NCBI GenBank assembly: GCA_963848295.1
Contig: CAWKDB010000010.1
Span: 3,264,001-3,328,000, forward strand
Direction: 5' to 3'
Length of the DNA: 64,000 nucleotides
Source: an uncultured delta proteobacterium
GTDB lineage: Bacteria; Myxococcota_A; Polyangia; Haliangiales; Haliangiaceae
The stretch's first letter is position 1. The number at the start of each line of letters is the position of its first letter. Positions 57,390-64,000 of the stretch are shown here, piece after piece. The notes under the pieces are model-generated. The model saw only the letters and a program-made list of their open reading frames with translations, ran no database searches and was not told where the DNA came from. A program made the translations under genes and the position numbers.

Positions 57390-59660
57390 GTGAAGATCGT
57401 CCGCAGACTCGCAGCTTTCGTCGCGTGGGGAGCGTACGGAGTCTGCGGACTGTGCGGAGCATGCGGAGACAACCTGCAGGCGACACTCCCCGAAGTAACC
57501 GATGCGGTCGCTTATGTCGATCCGACGATCGGCACCGGCGGTCTGGGCTACGCGTATGGCAGCTGCTTCGTCGGCGCGGCGGCGCCGCACGGGCTCGCGA
57601 AGCCGGCGCCCGATACCGACGGCGAGTTCGGCACGGTCGCGTTCCAGCACTTCTCCGGCTACTACGCGGACGACAACAAGATCCAGGGCTTTTCTTCGCT
57701 GCACTTGCACGGCACTGGCGCGACCGACTACGGCGTGTTGTCGGTGATGCCGACGCTCGCGTTCGATCCGTCGAAGACGACCGTCGTCGCCTACGAGATG
57801 CCGTTCGACAAGTCGGACGAGCATGCGACCGCGGGCCACTACAGCGTGACGCTCGCCGACGGCATCGAGGTCGAGCTCACGGCCACGCAGCGCGTCGCGG
57901 TCGAGCGGTTCACGCTGCCGAGCGCGGGCTCGCTCGTGCTCGATCTATCGAAGGTGCTCGACGGTGGCACGGTCGACGCCGCACAGCTCGCGATCGACGA
58001 CGGTGCGCACGAGATCACCGGCTCGTTGCATCACCTCGGTGGCATGTCGTCGGGCTACGGCGGCTACACCGTGTACTTCGTCGCGCGCGCCGCGCAGCCG
58101 TGGACCGCGCACTACGCCTGGGCGAAAGGCTCGCCCGCCGATGCGAACGCGACGAGCGAGCACGGCACCGCGGTCGGTGCCGCGATCGGGCTGCCGGCCG
58201 GCGAGTTCCAGCTCGCGATCGGGTTGTCGCTCGTGTCGGCCGAAGGAGCGCGCCAAAACCTCGACAGCGAGGTGCCGACGATCGACTTCGATGCCGTCGC
58301 CGCCGAGACGCGCGCCGCGTGGAGCGCGAAGCTCGATCGCGTCGAGCTCACCGGCGGTACGCTCGCCCAGCGCCGCGTGTTCTACACGAGCCTGTATCAC
58401 GCGTTCTTGATGCCGAGCGTGATCGGCGATGTCGACGGCACCTATCAGCTCGTCGGCCAACCGGAGCAGTTCGCGAGCGGCTGGCACCAGATGTCTGATC
58501 TCTCGCTGTGGGACACGTACCGCACGGTCGCGCCGCTCTACGCGTGGCTCGCGCCCGAGTCGGCTCGAGACGAGGCGCGGTCGCTCGTCGGGTTTGGCGA
58601 GGGGCTCGGGGCGTATCCGAAATGGCCGCTCGCGATCGGAGAGACCGGCACGATGCTGGGTGCGTCGGCCGAGATCATCCTCGCCGACGCCACCGCGCGC
58701 GGAGTACCCGGTGCCGGCGGCGACCTCGCGTACGCGCAGCTGCGCGCCGCTGCCATGGATCCGGATGCGCCGGCCGCGAGTCGCGGTGGTCGGGGCGACG
58801 TCGTGCCGTACATGAAGTACGGCTACGTGCCGCGCTCGATCGCCAGCTCGGTCAGCGAGACCACCGAGTATGCTCACGACGACTTCGCGCTCGCTCAGCT
58901 CGCGGGCGCGCTCGGCAACACTGCAGATCACGATGCGTTGCTCGCCCGCAGTCTCGGCTGGCGTTTGCTCTACGATCCGTCGGTCGGTTATCTCCGCGGG
59001 CGCAACGAGGACGGCACGTTCCCGACCGATCCGTTCGATCCCGGCGCGTCGAGCGATGACTATCGCGAAGCGAACGCGCGGCAATCGCTGTGGATGACCG
59101 GCCTGCACGATCCGGACGGCCTCGCGCAGCTGCTCGGCGGCACCGACGCGGCGGTGGCGACGCTGTCCGACCTGTTCGAGCAGACGAAGGTCGATGCCGA
59201 GACCTCGGATCCGTCGGCGGCCAACTTTCCGCGACCGTACTACTGGGCCGGCAACGAGCCCGATCTCAACGCCGCGTTCCTGTTCGCGCAGTGGGGGCGG
59301 CCCGATCTGACGGCGCAATGGACGCGGTGGGTGCTCGACACGGTCTACACCGACCAACCCGACGGCGTGCCCGGCAACGACGACGGCGGCACGATGGGCG
59401 CGTGGTACGTGCTCGCGTCGATCGGGATCTACCCGGTCGCCGGCACCGATACGTGGGTGATCGGTACGCCGCGGTTCCCGCGCGTGCGGATCGACGTCGG
59501 CGGACACGAGCTCGTGATCGAAGCCGATGGCGTCGGCGATGCGCCGGCCTACGTCCACGACATCGAGATCGACGGCGTGGCTGTCGCCGGCCCGTACCTC
59601 ACGCAGGCGCAGCTCGCCGGCGCGTCGCGCATCTCGTTCCTGATGACGCAGCAGCCATAA
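57390..59660 (+). CDS. GH92 alpha-mannosidase lipoprotein
   Basis: HLHGTG, FYTSLYH, SLWDTYR, YREANA, GNEP, GNDDGGTMGAWYV. Confidence 0.92.
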   Translation: MKIVRRLAAFVAWGAYGVCGLCGACGDNLQATLPEVTDAVAYVDPTIGTGGLGYAYGSCFVGAAAPHGLAKPAPDTDGEFGTVAFQHFSGYYADDNKIQGFSSLHLHGTGATDYGVLSVMPTLAFDPSKTTVVAYEMPFDKSDEHATAGHYSVTLADGIEVELTATQRVAVERFTLPSAGSLVLDLSKVLDGGTVDAAQLAIDDGAHEITGSLHHLGGMSSGYGGYTVYFVARAAQPWTAHYAWAKGSPADANATSEHGTAVGAAIGLPAGEFQLAIGLSLVSAEGARQNLDSEVPTIDFDAVAAETRAAWSAKLDRVELTGGTLAQRRVFYTSLYHAFLMPSVIGDVDGTYQLVGQPEQFASGWHQMSDLSLWDTYRTVAPLYAWLAPESARDEARSLVGFGEGLGAYPKWPLAIGETGTMLGASAEIILADATARGVPGAGGDLAYAQLRAAAMDPDAPAASRGGRGDVVPYMKYGYVPRSIASSVSETTEYAHDDFALAQLAGALGNTADHDALLARSLGWRLLYDPSVGYLRGRNEDGTFPTDPFDPGASSDDYREANARQSLWMTGLHDPDGLAQLLGGTDAAVATLSDLFEQTKVDAETSDPSAANFPRPYYWAGNEPDLNAAFLFAQWGRPDLTAQWTRWVLDTVYTDQPDGVPGNDDGGTMGAWYVLASIGIYPVAGTDTWVIGTPRFPRVRIDVGGHELVIEADGVGDAPAYVHDIEIDGVAVAGPYLTQAQLAGASRISFLMTQQP

Positions 59661-59711
59661 CACCGTCGCTCGCCTTCCATGCCGTGCGGGCTCCGGCATA
59701 CCTTTGCGGTC

Positions 59712-60590
59712 ATGAAGTCTTCGATCGTTCTGGCGCTGTGCGCCGCGTGCTCGAGCTCGCCGGCGCACCCCGAGACCACCGCGACGGCGCCCGCGTTCAC
59801 GCCGACGGCGTTCGCGGTCAAGGTCGCAGGCACCGGTCGCCCGGTGATCCTGATCCCGGGCCTCGCGTGCGGTGGCGACGTGTGGGACGGCACGGTCGCG
59901 CATCTCGGCGGCAAGGTTCAGACCCACGTCGTGACGCTCGCCGGCTTCGCGGGCCAGCCGGCGATTCCGCCGCCGTTCTTGTCCACCGTGCACGATCAGC
60001 TCGTCGAGTACATCAAGGCGAACAAGCTCGTCCATCCGATCGTGATCGGCCACAGCCTCGGTGGCGTGATGGCGCTGTGGCTCGCCGAAACCGATCCGGA
60101 TGTCGCCGCGGTGATCGACGTCGATGGCCTGCCGTTCCTCGCGGCCACGGCCGACGAGGCGGTGACGGTCGACAAGGCGAAGGCCGGCGCGACGCAGATG
60201 CAGCAGCAGATCACAGCGATGCCTGCCGGCGCGCTACCGAAGATGATGCGGCAGTTCATGACCAGTATGATCACGAAGCCGGCTGACCTCGATCGCGTGA
60301 TGGTGGACGTCGAGAAATCGGATCCGACGACGATCGGCCAGGCGTTCTACGATCTGTTCACGCTCGACCTGCGACCGCAGCTCGCGATGATCAAGGTGCC
60401 GTTGCTGATCGTCGCCGCCGGAGACAACGGCGAGCACTCCGACATGACGCCGGCACTCTGGCACAAGCAGATCGATGCGATCCCGCACGTCGACCTCCAG
60501 GTCGTCCCGGGTGCGAAACACTTCGTGATGCTCGACGCGCCGGACGCGTTCTACGCGCTGGTCGACGGGTTCCTCGCGAAGGCCCCGTAG
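59712..60590 (+). CDS. Alpha/beta hydrolase lipoprotein
   Basis: LIPGL, GHSLGG, KHFVMLD. Confidence 0.9.
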   Translation: MKSSIVLALCAACSSSPAHPETTATAPAFTPTAFAVKVAGTGRPVILIPGLACGGDVWDGTVAHLGGKVQTHVVTLAGFAGQPAIPPPFLSTVHDQLVEYIKANKLVHPIVIGHSLGGVMALWLAETDPDVAAVIDVDGLPFLAATADEAVTVDKAKAGATQMQQQITAMPAGALPKMMRQFMTSMITKPADLDRVMVDVEKSDPTTIGQAFYDLFTLDLRPQLAMIKVPLLIVAAGDNGEHSDMTPALWHKQIDAIPHVDLQVVPGAKHFVMLDAPDAFYALVDGFLAKAP

Positions 60591-60648
60591 CTATCGGGCG
60601 TTCGCGATTGGTCGCCGGTGCGCGCCGGCTTGACCTACAATGGGCCGC

Positions 60649-61666
60649 ATGAGGGCCACGACGTGGGTAGTCGTCCTGATGGAAGAGCACGCATCCCGAA
60701 GTGTTCGGCACGCAGGATCTGTCGTTCGACGAGCTCGTCAGTCGCGATGTCGAGTTCGCGACCGCGATCAAGCGTGCCGCCGCGAATGCGATCGTGTTCG
60801 GGCCGGTCGTCGCCGGCGTCGACGGCATGACGTCGCTCGACGACTATACGAACCTCGCCGCGACGAACCCGTACGCGACGACGAACATCGATGCGATCTC
60901 GTATTATCTCGCGCACGTCGCGACCGCATCGAGTCAAGCCGGCCTGCGCTTGCTCGACGTGCTCGATCTCCACTACTACAACGACGCCAAAGACAAAGCG
61001 GGCACGGAGAAGACCGACGCGGAGTGCGCACAGGGACCGCGCGATTACTGGGACCCGACCTATTCCACGGTCGACACCTCGTTCGACGACTACATCACAG
61101 GCTGGAAGCCGCGCGTCCTGATCCCGCGGATGGAGGCATCGATCGCCGCGAACTACGCGGGCACCGACCTCGCGTTCACCGAATACAACAACGGCTGCGA
61201 GCAATCGATCGGCGGCGGCGTCGCCGAGGCCGATACGCTCGGTGTGTTCGGGCAATACGGCGTGTTCGCCGGGACCGCGTGGCCTCTGCACAGCGCCGCG
61301 CCCGGCGGTAACTGGCTGGTCGGCGCGTTCGACGCCTATCGCAACTACGACGGTCACGGCGCGAAGGTCGGCTCGCTCGCCGCCTCGTCGACCTCGAGCG
61401 ACGTCGCCAGCGTCGCGGTCTACGGGTTCGTCGCTCCGAACGGCGCGACCGGCGCCCAGGTCGTGGCGATCAACCGCACCGACGCCGCGGTCACCGTCGA
61501 GGTTCGCCTATCGAACGCGTGCACGCTGACGCTCGCGCAGCCCTACCAGCTGACCTCGGCGAGCGCGGCGCTCACATCGGTGGGGCCGCCGATCGCGATC
61601 ACCGGCAACGCGTTCGGCTACACGCTGCCGGCGATGAGCGTGACGACGTTCGCGCTCACGCCGTAG
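60649..61666 (+). pseudogene. GH44-like endoglucanase with an internal deletion after the signal-peptide start
   Basis: MRATTWVVVLM joins out of frame to WKSTHPEV...LDVLDLHYY...AFTEYN...YRNYDG. Confidence 0.7.
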
Positions 61667-62575
61667 CTACATGCAGCTGCGAGTCGCGGTCCAGATGTCG
61701 GTCGAGCCCGAGCGATCGGTCGAGTACAGCACCGTGCTGCCGTCCTCGCTCAGATCCGCGTCGTCGTCATTGTTGTTCGTCTCGAGCGCCGGGACCGCGA
61801 CGGGCACGGAAAAGTTGTCGGCGCGTGCCGCGCGGGTCGAGATGAACAGGTCGTAGCCGCCGACATCGGGCGTGCGCTCCGAACCGAGCATCACGGTGAG
61901 CCCATCCGCCGAGATCGTCGCGCCGCGATCGGAGGCGGTGCTGTTGACCGCGCGCAGGTCGGTGACCGTGAACGGGTCGGCGGTCGTAGCCCGGGTCGCG
62001 AGATAGAGATCGTCGCTGCCGAGTCCCCCCGCGCGATCCGAGCGCAACACCATCGTCAAGCCGTCGGCGGTGATCGCCGGCGTGTCGTCGTTCGCAGACG
62101 AATTCAGCTCCGTGACCGGTGACGCGGCGCCGAACGCATCGCCGATCGCGGGCCGAGTCGCGACGAAGATGTCGAGCGTGTCATCCGACGAGGCCATCGT
62201 GCTCGAAAAGTACAGCGTCAGCGCGTCGTGCGTCAGTGCGGGCCCATATTCGTCTCCGCTGGTGTTCAGCTCCGCGACGTTCGCGATCTGACCGAACGCG
62301 TCCGCGGTCGACGCGCGTGTCGCGCGATACAGGTCGAAGCCACCGCGGCCGCCGGCGCGATCACTCGAGAAGAATAGCTCGAGCCCGTTCGGGCTCAGGT
62401 CGGCGGCCCACTCGGTGCTCGCCGAGTTGACCGCGTCGAGCGGCGTCGGCGTTCCGAATGGTCCGTAGGCGCACGTCGGTGCGTCGCCGAGCATGGCGCC
62501 GCCGTCGCGATCGGCGAAATCGATGCGGCCGCACGCGGCTACCCAAAACCCGAGCATGGCGCAGCGGACCATCAT
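61667..62575 (-). CDS. PD40/WD40-like beta-propeller lipoprotein
   Basis: ACGRIDF; repeated LSPNGLELFFSSDR.GG.G..DLY units. Confidence 0.85.
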   Translation of the reverse strand: MMVRCAMLGFWVAACGRIDFADRDGGAMLGDAPTCAYGPFGTPTPLDAVNSASTEWAADLSPNGLELFFSSDRAGGRGGFDLYRATRASTADAFGQIANVAELNTSGDEYGPALTHDALTLYFSSTMASSDDTLDIFVATRPAIGDAFGAASPVTELNSSANDDTPAITADGLTMVLRSDRAGGLGSDDLYLATRATTADPFTVTDLRAVNSTASDRGATISADGLTVMLGSERTPDVGGYDLFISTRAARADNFSVPVAVPALETNNNDDDADLSEDGSTVLYSTDRSGSTDIWTATRSCM

Positions 62576-63204
62576 GCCGCGGACAACGTTCTTAGGAACA
62601 CCTCGGTCTCGTGGAGCAATCGCGGCAAGGATGCGACCAGCTCGTGGCCGTCGTCGAGCTCGACCAGCCGTGCGGTCGCGCAGCCGGCGACGAACGCTCG
62701 AGACGAGCCGATCGCGACGACGTCGTCACGCGTGCCGTGCAGCACCAACGTCGGCACCGTCACGCGCGGAAACCCGACGTCGATCGCGGCGGCATCCTCG
62801 ACGAAGCCGAAGTCGACCCGGGCCGGCGCGTTCGTCGTGTAATCTGTGACCTCGCGCCAGCCGGTGCGTTGCCAGTCGTCCCACGCCGGCCCGAGCGTGT
62901 CGCGCCAGCGAGCGGCGAGTTGAAACGCCGGCGCGAGCAAGACGAGCCCGATCACGCGCGGATCGCGCTCGGCAACGCGAGCGGCAGCCAGGCCACCGAG
63001 GCTCGAGCCGATCAAGATCGCCCCGTCGCCCAGCTCGCCGCACACCTTCTCGATCATCGCGGAGAGCCGGAGATGCTCGAGCGATGGCACGCGCAGGTCG
63101 AGACGCTCGAGCTCGACGCCTCGTTCGGCGAAGTGGCGCGCGAACGCCACGCCCTTCGTCGAGGCTGGACCCGACGCGAAGCCGTGGAGATACAAGACGC
63201 GCAT
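62572..63204 (-). CDS. YqiA/YcfP-family esterase
   Basis: YLHGFASGP, GSSLGG, DDGHEL. Confidence 0.88.
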   Translation of the reverse strand: MRVLYLHGFASGPASTKGVAFARHFAERGVELERLDLRVPSLEHLRLSAMIEKVCGELGDGAILIGSSLGGLAAARVAERDPRVIGLVLLAPAFQLAARWRDTLGPAWDDWQRTGWREVTDYTTNAPARVDFGFVEDAAAIDVGFPRVTVPTLVLHGTRDDVVAIGSSRAFVAGCATARLVELDDGHELVASLPRLLHETEVFLRTLSAA

Positions 63205-63250
63205 CTCCGCAGCATAACCGTTGTAGTGTGCCGGCGGACCAAGCCAGGCG

Positions 63251-63895
63251 ATGAACGAAGCCGATCTCAAGTTCGCGGTGGTCGCGCTCTCGGCGATGTT
63301 CTTCGTGATCGATCCGATCGCGAACGTGCCGGTCTACCTGACGATCACGAGCTCGTTCGGCGAGGACCAGCGCAAGCGGATCGCGGCGCGCGGCGCGTTT
63401 GCGGCCTGGGTGCTGCTCTGCGTGTTCGCCGCTGCCGGCGGGCTGATCTTTCAAGCCTTCGGGATTTCGCTCGGCGCGTTCAAGATCGCAGGCGGCCTCA
63501 TGTTGTTGCTGATGTCGATCGACATGATGCGAGCGCAACCATCGCGCACGCGAACCTCGAGCGAAGAGCAAGCCGAGAGCCGGGAACGCGAAGACATCGC
63601 GATCTTTCCGCTCGCGACGCCAATGCTCGCCGGACCAGGCGCGATCGCGACCGTGATGGTGCTGATGAGCCGCGCCGCGTGGCATCCGATCGCGACGATC
63701 TCGGTGTTCACCGCGGTCACGCTGACCTGCGGCGCGTCGTGGCTGTTGATGCGCAGCGCAGCCCACGCCGAACGCTGGCTACCGAAGACGCTGTTGCGCG
63801 CGCTCGAGCGCGTCATGGGCTTGTTGCTCGCGGCGGTCGCGGTCGAGTTCGTCGCCGGCGGCGTCCACGACATGATCCGGTTGTACGGTGGGTAA
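63251..63895 (+). CDS. MarC-family membrane protein
   Basis: DPIANVP, FKIAGG, PLATPMLAGPGAI, RVMGLLL. Confidence 0.93.
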   Translation: MNEADLKFAVVALSAMFFVIDPIANVPVYLTITSSFGEDQRKRIAARGAFAAWVLLCVFAAAGGLIFQAFGISLGAFKIAGGLMLLLMSIDMMRAQPSRTRTSSEEQAESREREDIAIFPLATPMLAGPGAIATVMVLMSRAAWHPIATISVFTAVTLTCGASWLLMRSAAHAERWLPKTLLRALERVMGLLLAAVAVEFVAGGVHDMIRLYGG

Positions 63896-63947
63896 CCCGG
63901 AGGAGACCGGAGCCCGGAGGCAAACGGTCGTCTGAGCGGCAGGCCTC

Positions 63948-64000
63948 TTACTGCTGCACGTACTCGTCGGCGCCGATATCGCTCGCCGAGCCGTTGGGTC
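63948..64000 (-). CDS. 3' end of a secreted protein (choice-of-anchor-Q-like tail)
   Basis: PNGSASDIGADEYVQQ*. Confidence 0.5.
   Translation of the reverse strand, partial: PNGSASDIGADEYVQQ

Noticed and set aside
59693..59708. Sigma54-like CGGCATACCTTTGC
   Set aside because: GG-to-GC spacing is 9, not 10.
63896..63947. GGCAAAC suggesting a c-di-GMP-I riboswitch
   Set aside because: Lacks the GAAA loop and second stem, and lies between convergent genes.

Overview
GC-rich (roughly 70% by eye), gene-dense bacterial chromosomal window. The abundance of lipoproteins, MYXO-CTERM-type tails, eukaryote-like Ser/Thr kinases and an AgmX/PglI-like C-terminus points to Myxococcota, probably Kofleriaceae-like (inference). 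About 60 CDS are supportable: peptidases (M48, S53, M28, M1, C15), DNA repair enzymes (UdgB, Xth), stress proteins (OsmC, TerB, dodecin, SPFH), glycoside hydrolases (GH92, a deleted GH44), a lysyl oxidase, and many secreted or lipoprotein unknowns. No rRNA, tRNA or CRISPR array was seen. One intact IS1380-family element (37779-39415) has a CTAG target duplication. The most notable unexplained signal is a non-coding, multi-hairpin ~300-nt dispersed repeat. It occurs as two full copies, one lacking its 5' end, and one 5' fragment, arranged as inward-facing pairs around small atypical or decayed exported-protein genes at two loci (36345-37774 and 56585-57372). It shows a compensatory base change and CTAG-associated ends. 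Also notable: a REP-like triplet at 29743-29872, a TAnnnT box 5-8 nt before at least 22 start codons (likely leaderless mRNAs), an in-frame palindromic insertion in phzF, a frameshifted M28 fusion gene, and an internally deleted GH44 gene. Family names come from motif recognition only; no database searches were run.
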